From Acidimicrobiia bacterium (GTDB lineage: Bacteria > Actinomycetota > Acidimicrobiia > Spongiisociales > ZC4RG35), in the NCBI GenBank assembly GCA_029865445.1, contig JAOUGY010000002.1, forward strand, positions 1-36,225: a stretch of 36,225 bases of DNA. The letters are read 5' to 3'. The stretch's first letter is position 1. Each line of letters opens with the position of its first letter. Below the pieces are notes generated by a model. That model saw nothing but the letters and a program-made list of their open reading frames with translations, made no database searches and had not been told where the DNA came from. A program made the translations under genes and the position numbers. Shown one piece after another: positions 25,818 to 33,954 of the stretch.

Positions 25818-26713
25818 GATTCAGCCTGCTGCTGTCTCGCGGCTGCGCGCTCGGCGGCCTCCGCTCGTGCGATGACGACCCGGGCCACCCGGGCGACTGC
25901 ATAATCGACCATGCGTCCGTCGACGGCGATCGAAGCGGAGCCCTCTGCCTCTGCCTGCTCGAACGCCTCCAGCACCTTCCGTTGATACGCGACGACGTCG
26001 GCGCTCGGCGTGAAGACGTCGTTGATGACGGCAACCTGTGCCGGATGGATGGCGACCTTTCCGACATAGCCGAGCGTGCGGGCCAACTCGCTCTCGACCC
26101 GCAGCGCATCGAGATTCCGGAAATCCATGAACACAGCCTCGAACGGATGCTGGATCCCCGCCGCCCGGGACGACAGCAGCACTTGGGACCGCGCTTGCAT
26201 GAGTCCGGTGCCTTCGGGTGTCCACTCGCAGCCGAGGTCGGCGACCAGGTCGCCTTGCTCACCACCGCCGAACATCACGCATTCGACCCGGGTGGAGGCC
26301 ATCGCCATGTCGTACGTGTTGCGGACACCCAACCCGCTCTCGATGAGTGGGATGATCCCGATACTTCCCGCCTCGTGGCCGAACGCCATTTCGAGAGCAG
26401 TGAGCGCACCGTCGATCTCTTTGATCACCCCCGGCTGTTCGGCTTTGGGGATGACGAGCCCATCCACGCCCGCCTTCCCGGCCGCCACCACGTCGTCCCA
26501 CATCAAGCCGGTCTCGACCGCATTCGTCCTTACGAACAGCGGCACCGGCGAATCGGGAAGCTGCTCGAGCAGGGCCCGGGCGGTGGGCTTCTGATCGAGG
26601 GCGACGGCGTCCTCGATGTCGATGATCACGGCGTCGGTGCCCGATCGGATCGCCTTTTCGATGAGGTCCATCCGGTGACCCGGCGTGAACAACATGGAGC
26701 GGAGTGCCTCCAT
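25814..26713 (-). CDS. HpcH/HpaI aldolase / CitE-like acyl-CoA lyase
   Basis: N-terminus LFTPGHR...DAVIIDIEDAV, ~300 aa. Confidence 0.85.
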   Translation of the reverse strand: MEALRSMLFTPGHRMDLIEKAIRSGTDAVIIDIEDAVALDQKPTARALLEQLPDSPVPLFVRTNAVETGLMWDDVVAAGKAGVDGLVIPKAEQPGVIKEIDGALTALEMAFGHEAGSIGIIPLIESGLGVRNTYDMAMASTRVECVMFGGGEQGDLVADLGCEWTPEGTGLMQARSQVLLSSRAAGIQHPFEAVFMDFRNLDALRVESELARTLGYVGKVAIHPAQVAVINDVFTPSADVVAYQRKVLEAFEQAEAEGSASIAVDGRMVDYAVARVARVVIARAEAAERAAARQQQAES

Positions 26714-26725
26714 CGAATCAACCTC

Positions 26726-27697
26726 TCACTTGATTGCCATTGGATTCAAGGGTGACCCCACCGCCCGGGTGAACGGGAGGGGCGGTCCGCAGAACATGAA
26801 CTCGTAGACGCCATCGGCTGCACAGTCTTCGGCGAGCGGGTCGAGGTCGAATATCTCGCCGAGCCAAAGGCCCATCGCCGTGATGAACACGATGTGGAGC
26901 GGTTGCGCGACGTCCGGCGTCTGGTTCGGTCGCACCTCGAGACCCCAGGTGTCGGTGGCGACCGCTGCGATGTCTCGTTCGGCGACCCAGGGCACGCTCT
27001 CGAGGCCGAGGCCCGGGGCGTCTCCGCCCGCGTAGTCGCCCCACGTCCCGGCGGCGCGTGCCCTCGTCATCGCTCCGGTCCGGATGAACACGAAGTCCGC
27101 GACGCCGACCTCGAGTCCTGCCAGTTCACACGCACGGTCGAGATCCTCACCGGTGATCGCATAACCGGGCTCGAGCCAGTCGACCCCGCGTGCTCGGGCG
27201 ACGTCGAGCAGTACTCCGCGTCCAACCATGGAATCGCACGCGTTCGCGACCGAACCTTTCAGCGCCCCTTTGCTGCTGACCCACTCGGCGCCGAAGCCGT
27301 TGTAGATCTTGTTCTCGAAGACGACGTGCCCGGGGGCATCCCATTGCGTCCCGGATTGGAGGGGCATGATGATCAGATCGTCGGTCCCGCGAAAGTGCTT
27401 GTCGACGCCCCCGTAGAAGTCGCGGATGGACGATCCGGCGATGGCGTCGGCTCCGTCCCTGATCATCAGGTGGATCGGGTTGAACCGGCCGAGGTTGCCG
27501 GTTTGGGGGCCGTTCTCGTCGTACGGCAGCGCCATCGTGATCGTGCGGCCATCACGAACTAGTCGAGCGGCGGATACCACGTGTTCGGGCCGGACGAGGT
27601 TGAGGGTTCCCTTTTCGTCTTCGGTTCCCCAGCGACCCCAGTTGCCGTACTGCTCACAGAGCTCCCGAATCGTTTCGATGGTGGGCGCCTCTGACAC
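26726..27697 (-). CDS. Cyclase family protein (kynurenine-formamidase-like fold)
   Basis: The GTQWDAPGH motif resembles HxGTHxDAPxH. Start is GTG 27697, 5 nt after GGAGG. Confidence 0.7.
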   Translation of the reverse strand: MSEAPTIETIRELCEQYGNWGRWGTEDEKGTLNLVRPEHVVSAARLVRDGRTITMALPYDENGPQTGNLGRFNPIHLMIRDGADAIAGSSIRDFYGGVDKHFRGTDDLIIMPLQSGTQWDAPGHVVFENKIYNGFGAEWVSSKGALKGSVANACDSMVGRGVLLDVARARGVDWLEPGYAITGEDLDRACELAGLEVGVADFVFIRTGAMTRARAAGTWGDYAGGDAPGLGLESVPWVAERDIAAVATDTWGLEVRPNQTPDVAQPLHIVFITAMGLWLGEIFDLDPLAEDCAADGVYEFMFCGPPLPFTRAVGSPLNPMAIK

Positions 27698-27720
27698 ACA
27701 AACCTCCAGGTATCGACAAC

Positions 27721-27741
27721 GCGTCTCGCGAAATGAGACGC
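27721..27741. promoter_or_regulatory. Inverted repeat GCGTCTC-N7-GAGACGC in the leader of the minus-strand operon
   Basis: 7-bp perfect arms located between the predicted -10 box and the start codon. Confidence 0.35.
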
Positions 27742-27754
27742 AACCTGGCACCCC

Positions 27755-27784
27755 AGAATACGAGCCAGAACGACCTGGTGTCAA
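27755..27784 (-). promoter_or_regulatory. Predicted sigma-A-type promoter for the cyclase...SDR operon
   Basis: Minus strand reads TTGACA (27784-27779), an 18-nt spacer, then TATTCT (27760-27755). Confidence 0.45.
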
Positions 27785-27801
27785 CAGTCGGTGAAGTCCG
27801 G

Positions 27802-27830
27802 TTGACAGTATCCCTCTTGATCCGTAGCCT
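27802..27830 (+). promoter_or_regulatory. Predicted sigma-A-type promoter for the acyl-CoA dehydrogenase operon
   Basis: TTGACA (27802-27807), a 17-nt spacer, then TAGCCT (27825-27830), about 70 nt upstream of ATG 27904. Confidence 0.5.
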
Positions 27831-27903
27831 CGGTGACAGTCGTCGTCTCGATCAGTGAGACATGCCCTGTCTGCTGCCGGGACTCACGAAGGAAGGCAGC
27901 TGC

Positions 27904-29046
27904 ATGGACATCGACTTCTCTCCCGAACAGGAGCTCTTCCGAGCCACCGTGCGTGACTTCTGCGACCGGGAGATCACCAGGGACTACGTCCGGGAATGCG
28001 ATCGCGAGCACCGGCCACCCACCGAGCTCTACCGCAAACTCGGCGAGCAGGGCTGGCTTGGGATCAACATCCCCGAGGAATACGGGGGCAGCGGCGGAGG
28101 TGCCGTCGAGGTCGCCATCCTGCTCGAAGAACTCGGCCGGGCATTCCTCGACCTGTCGTTCTGGGTGTTTCGTGCCGTCACCTGGGGTGGGCTGGCGATC
28201 AGTCGCGACGGCACCGAAGACCAGAAACGGGAGCTCTTGCCCAAAGTCGCCACGGGCGAACTGTCGGTGTGTTTCTCCCTCACCGAACCCGACGCCGGTT
28301 CGGACGCTGCCTCTATCACACTGAAGGCCGAGGAGGACGGCGACGAGTTCGTTCTCAACGGCCAGAAGGTGTTCACTTCGGGCTTCAAGGTGAGCGATCT
28401 CGCCGTCGTCGCCGCCAGGACCGCAGCCGGCGAGAAGAAGCACCACGGAATCACGAATCTCCTCGTCGACGCCAGGGCCCCCGGTCTCGAATGGAGCCCC
28501 ATCGAGACACTCGGCCACTGGCCACTCGGTACCGCCCTTCTCACCTTCACCGACGTTCGGGTTCCCAAGTCGATGATGCTGGGCACTCTGCACGACGGCT
28601 GGCGGGATCTCGGCGTGTACCTGCGGTATGAGAGGTTGTGTCTGTCGGCCGCGAGGACTGGAGCGGCCAAAGCGGCGCTGGCCGACGCGATCGCGTACTC
28701 GAAGGAGCGGAGACAGTTCGACCAGCCAATCTCCAACTTCCAGGCTGTTGCGCACCGACTCGCCGACATGCAGGTACAGACCGAGATCTCCGAGATGCTC
28801 GTGTACCGGTACGCATCCCGCCTCGATCGGGGTCTGGCCACACCGCGGGATGCCGCCATCCTCAAGCTGTTCGCCTGCGAGGCGTACAAGTCCGTTGCCG
28901 ACATGGGCCTGCAGGTCCTCGGGGGCTACGGCTACACGATGGAGTACGACCTGCAACGGCACTTCCGCGAGTCGAGGCTCGGGGTCATCGGCGCCGGCAC
29001 ATCCGACATCCAGCGCAACATCATCTCCAAGACGATGGGCCTGTGA
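27904..29046 (+). CDS. Acyl-CoA dehydrogenase
   Basis: N-terminus MDIDFSPEQELFR, motif FSLTEPDAGSDAAS, C-terminus GGYGYTMEYDLQRHFRESR. SD GAAGGAAGG lies upstream. Confidence 0.9.
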   Translation: MDIDFSPEQELFRATVRDFCDREITRDYVRECDREHRPPTELYRKLGEQGWLGINIPEEYGGSGGGAVEVAILLEELGRAFLDLSFWVFRAVTWGGLAISRDGTEDQKRELLPKVATGELSVCFSLTEPDAGSDAASITLKAEEDGDEFVLNGQKVFTSGFKVSDLAVVAARTAAGEKKHHGITNLLVDARAPGLEWSPIETLGHWPLGTALLTFTDVRVPKSMMLGTLHDGWRDLGVYLRYERLCLSAARTGAAKAALADAIAYSKERRQFDQPISNFQAVAHRLADMQVQTEISEMLVYRYASRLDRGLATPRDAAILKLFACEAYKSVADMGLQVLGGYGYTMEYDLQRHFRESRLGVIGAGTSDIQRNIISKTMGL

Positions 29047-29050
29047 GATG

Positions 29051-29106
29051 AGTCCCCAGCCCCCAGTCCCCAGTCGCCAGTCCCCAGCCCCCAGTCCCCA
29101 GTCGCT
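29051..29106 (+). repeat. Heptanucleotide tandem array, 8 units, organised as a 28-nt super-unit x2
   Basis: (AGTCCCC AGCCCCC AGTCCCC AGTCGCC) followed by (AGTCCCC AGCCCCC AGTCCCC AGTCGCT). The array starts 4 nt after stop TGA 29044-29046. Confidence 0.95.
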
Positions 29107-29169
29107 TGGCGTTGGGGCACGAGAACGCCGGTCCCGCAAGTTCCCACATCCGTCCAATCCACCATCCTG

Positions 29170-29207
29170 TTTCCTCCCCCAGCGGGGGAGGTGTCCCCGG
29201 AGGGGAC
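29170..29207 (+). repeat. Hairpin module H1 (CCTCCCCC-AGC-GGGGGAGG) + H2 (GTCCCC-GGA-GGGGAC)
   Basis: The 22-mer is identical to 10581-10602. H2 has a different stem sequence but the same tri-loop hairpin shape. Confidence 0.85.
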
Positions 29208-29247
29208 GGAAGGGAGACCGAGGCCCGCAGTGCCGGCTCCGGTCCAA

Positions 29248-29275
29248 GTACCCGGTACCCGGTACCCGGTACCGG
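29248..29275 (+). repeat. Heptamer array (GTACCCG)x3 + GTACCGG
   Basis: Read directly from the sequence. Confidence 0.9.
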
Positions 29276-29292
29276 CCTCACAAAGCGAGGCC
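29274..29292 (+). other. Hairpin GGCCTC-ACAAAGC-GAGGCC just upstream of the SD of the next gene
   Basis: 6-bp stem. SD GAGGAGG (29296-29302) and ATG 29308 follow. Confidence 0.5.
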
Positions 29293-29307
29293 CGATGAGG
29301 AGGACGC

Positions 29308-29790
29308 ATGATCACCGATGAGGCCAGGGCTTGGGCCCAACAGACCTATCCAGACTATGTGTTCGATGTGGGTAGGCGCGACATCATCAAATACGCGCAC
29401 GCGATCGGCGAGACCGATCCCGTCCATTTCGACGCCGCGGCAGCACACGAGGCCGGGTACTCCGACATCGTCGCTCCACCGTTCTTTCCGTACGTGATTC
29501 GGATGCACGCCGCCCACCTGGTCCCACGGGACGAATTGGCACCGGACGGTTCTGCCACCGCCGACGTGCCCCCGGTAGGGGCGACACGAGCCATGGCAGG
29601 TGAGATCCACATGGAGCTGGGTGCCCCGGTGGTCGCAGGCGACGTCATCACCGTGAAGAAACGGATCCTCGAGATGTACGAGAAGGAGGGCCGGTCCGGG
29701 AACCTCGTCTTCGTGAAGATGGAGTTCACCTTCCTCAACCAGCAGGGCGACCTGGTCGCCCGTGAAGAGTTCACGAGGATCTACCGATGA
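29308..29790 (+). CDS. Hotdog-fold hydratase subunit (MaoC_dehydrat_N / FAS1-like dehydratase domain)
   Basis: 160 aa. N-terminal region DIIKYAHAIGETDPVHFD. Paired with a second small hotdog gene by an ATGA overlap. Confidence 0.7.
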   Translation: MITDEARAWAQQTYPDYVFDVGRRDIIKYAHAIGETDPVHFDAAAAHEAGYSDIVAPPFFPYVIRMHAAHLVPRDELAPDGSATADVPPVGATRAMAGEIHMELGAPVVAGDVITVKKRILEMYEKEGRSGNLVFVKMEFTFLNQQGDLVAREEFTRIYR

Positions 29791-30170
29791 CCACCGAACT
29801 CCCCATCGTGACCCGGACCCCCGACGCAGTGGACCTCTTCTTGTTCAGTGCATCGTCGTGGCTGATCCACCGCATCCACTACGACCTTCCGTTCACCACC
29901 GAAAACGACGGCCACCCCGGTCTGCTCATACATGGCCCGCTCCAAGGCACGTACATGGTGCAGGCAGCCCAACGTTTCCTCGGGCGGGCGGCAAAGCTCA
30001 GGTCGATCACCTACCGCCATCTCGCTCCCGCATACATGGGCGACTCGCTGGAGTGCGGGGGCACGGTGTCCGATCCCGTCGAGGGCTCGGTCGAAGCCGA
30101 GCTGTGGATCCGCAAGGCCGACGGAACCGTCACCACGACGGGCACGGCAACGTTCGAGGTGCAGCCATGA
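29787..30170 (+). CDS. Hotdog-fold hydratase subunit (MaoC-like)
   Basis: 127 aa. Region RIHYDLPFT...GLLIHGPLQ. ATGA overlaps at both ends. Confidence 0.65.
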   Translation: MTTELPIVTRTPDAVDLFLFSASSWLIHRIHYDLPFTTENDGHPGLLIHGPLQGTYMVQAAQRFLGRAAKLRSITYRHLAPAYMGDSLECGGTVSDPVEGSVEAELWIRKADGTVTTTGTATFEVQP

Positions 30171-31831
30171 CCACCGGTGCAGTCGTCCTCGCCGAGATGC
30201 TCGAGGCCTACGAGGTGAGCCACGTGTTCCACGTGCCCGCAGTGCTCCGGCGGACAATGGTGGAGATCGAGGCGCGCACCGGCATCAAGCGGATCCGACC
30301 CCATGGCGAGAAGCCCGCGGCGTACATGGCGGACGGCTACGCCCGCGCCACCGGGAAACCGGGCGTGTGTATGGCGCAGGTGGTAGGCGCATTCAACTTG
30401 GCGGCGGGACTCCGAGACGCCCATCTGGCGCATTCACCCGTCATCGCCATGACTGGCGGGCGGGATCCGAACACGAAGTTCCGCCAGGTCTATCAGGAAG
30501 TCGACGACGTTCCCGCATTCGAGCCCGTCACCAAATGGAACGCCACCGTCGATTCGGTCCATCGATTCCCCGACATGATCCGCCAGGCCTTCCGCGAGGC
30601 CACCACCGGGGCTCCCGGTCCGGTTCACCTCCAGTTCCGAGGAAACGAAGGCCAGGTGGATCTCGAAGAGGCGGACATGGAGCCGTTGGTGGAGTCGATG
30701 TTCGCCCGGGTCCCCCCGTTCCGCCCCCGGCCCGACGACGAATCGGTCTCGGCGGCGCTCGCCGCCATCGAAGCCGCCGCTCGACCGGTGATCGTTGCCG
30801 GCGGCGGGGTCCGGGCCTCCGGAGCAGGTGCCGCGTTGATCGCCTTGGCGGAACGGCTCGACGTGCCTGTCGCAACGTCGCTGAATGGGAAGGACTCGAT
30901 GCCGGGGACGCATCCCCTGTCGATCGGCGTGGTCGGCACGTACTCCCGGGCGAGCGCAAATCGGGTGGTCGGCGAAGCCGATCTGGTCGTGTTCATCGGG
31001 ACCGAGACCGGCGGGATGACCACCCACTTCTGGCAGGTGCCCCCGTTGGGTCGGCGTTGCATCCAGATCGACATCAGACCGGATGCCATCGGCCGCAACT
31101 ATCCGGCCGAGGTAGCCATCAACGCCGACGCCCGGGAAACCATCACCCGAATGATCGCACTCGCCGGAGAGGCGCCCGATCGGTCGGACTGGATTCGACG
31201 TTGTCGTTCGATCGTGGGCGAGTGGTACGCCGAGTACGAGTCGGTGCTCGGTTCGGAGCAGGTGCCGATTCGGCCGGAACGGATCTGCGCCGACCTCTCC
31301 GAGTCGGTTCCCGACGACGCGATCGTGGTGGTGGACACCGGGCACGCCGGGATGTGGATGGGCGGGTTCTACGACGTCCGTTCGCCGGAACAGAGCTACC
31401 TTCGCTCCGCCGGTCACCTGGGTTGGGCGTTCCCTGCCGCTCTGGGAGCCAAATGCGGTGCACCCGACCGACCGGTGGTGTGTTTCACCGGCGATTCGGG
31501 GTTCTGGTACCACGTGGGCGACATCGAAACCGCCGTTCGGTTCGGGATCAACACGGTGACAGTCGTCAACGACAACCATTCGGGCAACCAGTCGATGCGC
31601 GGCTTCGACCGTGCCTACGGGGGCAAACAGAGCGAGCAGGCCCGCGAGCTGTGGGTGTTCACCGAGGTCGACTTCGCCCGGGTGGCCGAGGACATGGGTG
31701 CCGTGGGCATCCGCGTGGAGAAGCCCTCCGACTTCCTCCCGGCGTTGGAGCGGGCATTGGAGATGGACCGCCCCGTCGTCATCGATGTCGTCACCGATAT
31801 CGAAGCGGTCGCTCCGGCCGCCGTCGTGTGA
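30167..31831 (+). CDS. Thiamine-pyrophosphate enzyme (acetolactate-synthase-like)
   Basis: Motifs GEKPAAYMADGYARATGKPG and C-terminal GDSGFWY, 554 aa. Confidence 0.85.
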   Translation: MTTGAVVLAEMLEAYEVSHVFHVPAVLRRTMVEIEARTGIKRIRPHGEKPAAYMADGYARATGKPGVCMAQVVGAFNLAAGLRDAHLAHSPVIAMTGGRDPNTKFRQVYQEVDDVPAFEPVTKWNATVDSVHRFPDMIRQAFREATTGAPGPVHLQFRGNEGQVDLEEADMEPLVESMFARVPPFRPRPDDESVSAALAAIEAAARPVIVAGGGVRASGAGAALIALAERLDVPVATSLNGKDSMPGTHPLSIGVVGTYSRASANRVVGEADLVVFIGTETGGMTTHFWQVPPLGRRCIQIDIRPDAIGRNYPAEVAINADARETITRMIALAGEAPDRSDWIRRCRSIVGEWYAEYESVLGSEQVPIRPERICADLSESVPDDAIVVVDTGHAGMWMGGFYDVRSPEQSYLRSAGHLGWAFPAALGAKCGAPDRPVVCFTGDSGFWYHVGDIETAVRFGINTVTVVNDNHSGNQSMRGFDRAYGGKQSEQARELWVFTEVDFARVAEDMGAVGIRVEKPSDFLPALERALEMDRPVVIDVVTDIEAVAPAAVV

Positions 31832-32772
31832 TGGTGCGGCACCACCTCCCAGCGGTCGCCGACCAGCTGAAATGGGGAGCGTTCTCCGCCACGTTCGAAC
31901 CCGTGATCGAGATCGACTCCGGAGACGTGGTCGACGTCGACACCGTCCACGGGTCGCCCGGCCAGTTCCCCGACGAGTACCTGTCGCGGCTGCTGCCCGA
32001 GCACCGCGAGCTGATCGAGAACCACCGGCCGATCCTCCCCGGTCACATCATGACCGGCCCCATCGGAGTGCGGGGCGCCGAGCCGGGAGACACACTCGAG
32101 ATTCGGGTCCTGGACGTTCGGCTGCGACAAGACTGGGCCTGGAACATGATCATTCCGCTCCGCGGCAGCGTCCCGGAGGACTTCCCAAAGAAGCGGGTGA
32201 TGGGCATAGAACTCGACGCCGAGGCCGGCGTCGCCCGCATGCCGTGGGGAGCGCCCATACCGCTGGCGCCTTTCTTCGGGGTGCTGGGGACACTTCCTCC
32301 GCCCGAATGGGGAACGATCGGCTCGATCGCACCACAGGCCCACGGCGGGAACCTCGACATCAAAGAACTCAGGCCCGGGTCGACCTTGTTCCTACCAGTG
32401 TTCAACCCGGGAGCCGGCCTGATGATCGGGGACGGCCACGCGGTTCAAGGCGACGGAGAAAGCTGCCTGTCGGCGGCCGAGACGTCGATGAGCGGCACCT
32501 TCCAGTTGGTCGTACGGAAGGACCTTTCGCTGAGCATGCCCCGGGCCGAAACGCCAACCCATCACATCACGATCGGCATCGACGCCGATCTCGACGACGC
32601 CGCCCGCCAAGCGATCCGGGAGATGATCGGCCTGATCCGCGAACTGACCGACCTGTCCGCGGAGGACGCCTACACCTTGTGCAGCCTCGCCGCCGACGTC
32701 CGGATCAGCCAGCTCGTCAACGTCAACAAGGGCTGCCACATGATGTTGGCGAAGGGCGCGCTTGACTTCTGA
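31831..32772 (+). CDS. Acetamidase/formamidase family protein
   Basis: GGNLDIKELRPGSTLFLPV...GDGHAVQGDGE signature. TGATG junction with the upstream gene. Confidence 0.75.
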   Translation: MVRHHLPAVADQLKWGAFSATFEPVIEIDSGDVVDVDTVHGSPGQFPDEYLSRLLPEHRELIENHRPILPGHIMTGPIGVRGAEPGDTLEIRVLDVRLRQDWAWNMIIPLRGSVPEDFPKKRVMGIELDAEAGVARMPWGAPIPLAPFFGVLGTLPPPEWGTIGSIAPQAHGGNLDIKELRPGSTLFLPVFNPGAGLMIGDGHAVQGDGESCLSAAETSMSGTFQLVVRKDLSLSMPRAETPTHHITIGIDADLDDAARQAIREMIGLIRELTDLSAEDAYTLCSLAADVRISQLVNVNKGCHMMLAKGALDF

Positions 32773-32905
32773 GGTGCACGCACGCCGAGACCGAGACACA
32801 TTCTCCGCCTGTTCGAGCCCTTCGGCTCTGCGCAGACTCCCCGACGAGGCTGATGATGAGTCAGGGAGACGTGTTGCGTGCGTCCGAGCCCGAGAGGAGC
32901 ATGCC

Positions 32906-33373
32906 ATGCGCACCCGAATCGCCGCACTGCTGTCGGTCTTCGCCCTGATGACGATGTCGCTCCCTGCGGCAGCAGTCCCAACGAACTCCCCTGTCCATGA
33001 GGAGATACCGTTCAGCTTCGTGGAGGTTCTCCCGAATCCGTGCCTCGGTGTCGAGGCGGAGAACTTCTACGGCGACGGTGTCCTGTACGTGCACGAGATG
33101 ACGAACCCGAGTGGGAACTACCACTTCAACGCTATTGGGTACGTCGCGCTTCGCACCGACTCGGGCTTCCAGTCACCCTCCAAGATGGCCGGTATGGGTT
33201 TCTTCCTCGAAACCGACAACGTCTACAAGTACAACGAGGTCGATCACTACAACTCCATTACCAACGGCGAGCAAACACTGCGTCTCCACTTCAAGTTCCA
33301 CCTCACGATCGTGGACGACGAAGTGAAAGTGGACATCGCCGACGTCGAAATGACCTGCCGCCCCGGGAAGTGA
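32906..33373 (+). CDS. Small secreted hypothetical protein (155 aa)
   Basis: SD GAGAGGAG. Signal peptide MRTRIAALLSVFALMTMSLPAAA-VP, two Cys residues, and codon usage less GC-biased than neighbouring genes. No family recognised. Confidence 0.6.
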   Translation: MRTRIAALLSVFALMTMSLPAAAVPTNSPVHEEIPFSFVEVLPNPCLGVEAENFYGDGVLYVHEMTNPSGNYHFNAIGYVALRTDSGFQSPSKMAGMGFFLETDNVYKYNEVDHYNSITNGEQTLRLHFKFHLTIVDDEVKVDIADVEMTCRPGK

Positions 33374-33484
33374 CCAACCGGAGATTCGAATAGCCCCTAC
33401 ACAACCGGTCAGCCATCTGAACGACCGATTGCGACTTCCCTAGCCGCCGCAGCAGCTACCGGGCTTTGATGACGGCGCGGACAA

Positions 33485-33706
33485 TCACCCCTCCGGTGGA
33501 GCATCCGAAAGTCCACCACCCATCCGGGGACACTTTGACGTCCCAACGACACCGGAACCGCAGTCGAGGCCCACCTCGATCCGATCGTCGTGGATGAGCG
33601 CGGCGGCATCAATCGTGGTCGGCGTTTGGATGAGCGATTCGAGCTGCGCCACGAACAGGCCGCGGTTGGCGGCCGTCCCGCTGGAGACCCCTTCCGGATG
33701 TAGCAC
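33485..33706 (-). CDS. Possible gene remnant (73 aa), doubtful
   Basis: Protein-like composition and high GC3 in the first two thirds. However, the GTG start lies only 20 nt from the divergent vapB start, and there is no SD. Confidence 0.2.
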   Translation of the reverse strand: MLHPEGVSSGTAANRGLFVAQLESLIQTPTTIDAAALIHDDRIEVGLDCGSGVVGTSKCPRMGGGLSDAPPEG

Positions 33707-33726
33707 GTTCGTAGTACATTCGACCT

Positions 33727-33954
33727 GTGTCCACTACAACCGTCAGGCTCGATCCCGAGGAAGAGGAGACGCTCGACCGGCTCGCCGAGATCCACGGCGG
33801 CCGATCCGGCGCTCTCAGGGCAGGTCTCCGACTGCTGGCCACCAATACAGCCCGGCAGGATGCACTCGCCGAACTGCTCGCCGAATGGGAGAGAGAGGAT
33901 GGTCCGGTCGATCGAGCAGCTGTCGATCGAATGATCGACGAGTACGGGTTGTGA
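33727..33954 (+). CDS. vapB: Ribbon-helix-helix antitoxin (VapB/CopG-like)
   Basis: 75 aa. N-terminal TVRLDPEEEETLDRLA RHH pattern. GTGA overlap with the downstream PIN gene. Confidence 0.7.
   Translation: MSTTTVRLDPEEEETLDRLAEIHGGRSGALRAGLRLLATNTARQDALAELLAEWEREDGPVDRAAVDRMIDEYGL

Noticed and set aside
29932-32772. 946-aa plus-strand ORF, and similar long ORFs (20815-22362 +, 24381-25904 +, 23516-24787 +, 27781-29247 -)
   Set aside because: They have Arg/Pro/Gly-rich low-complexity translations in shadow frames of recognisable genes. Only the last 313 aa of the 946-aa ORF (the formamidase, from 31831) is credible.
33383-33391. GATTCGAAT resembling a tRNA T-loop, as a possible tRNA or att-site remnant next to the VapBC patch
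   Set aside because: The flanking bases do not form a T-arm or acceptor stem, there is no CCA-proximal structure, and there is no integrase. It is too short to be meaningful.
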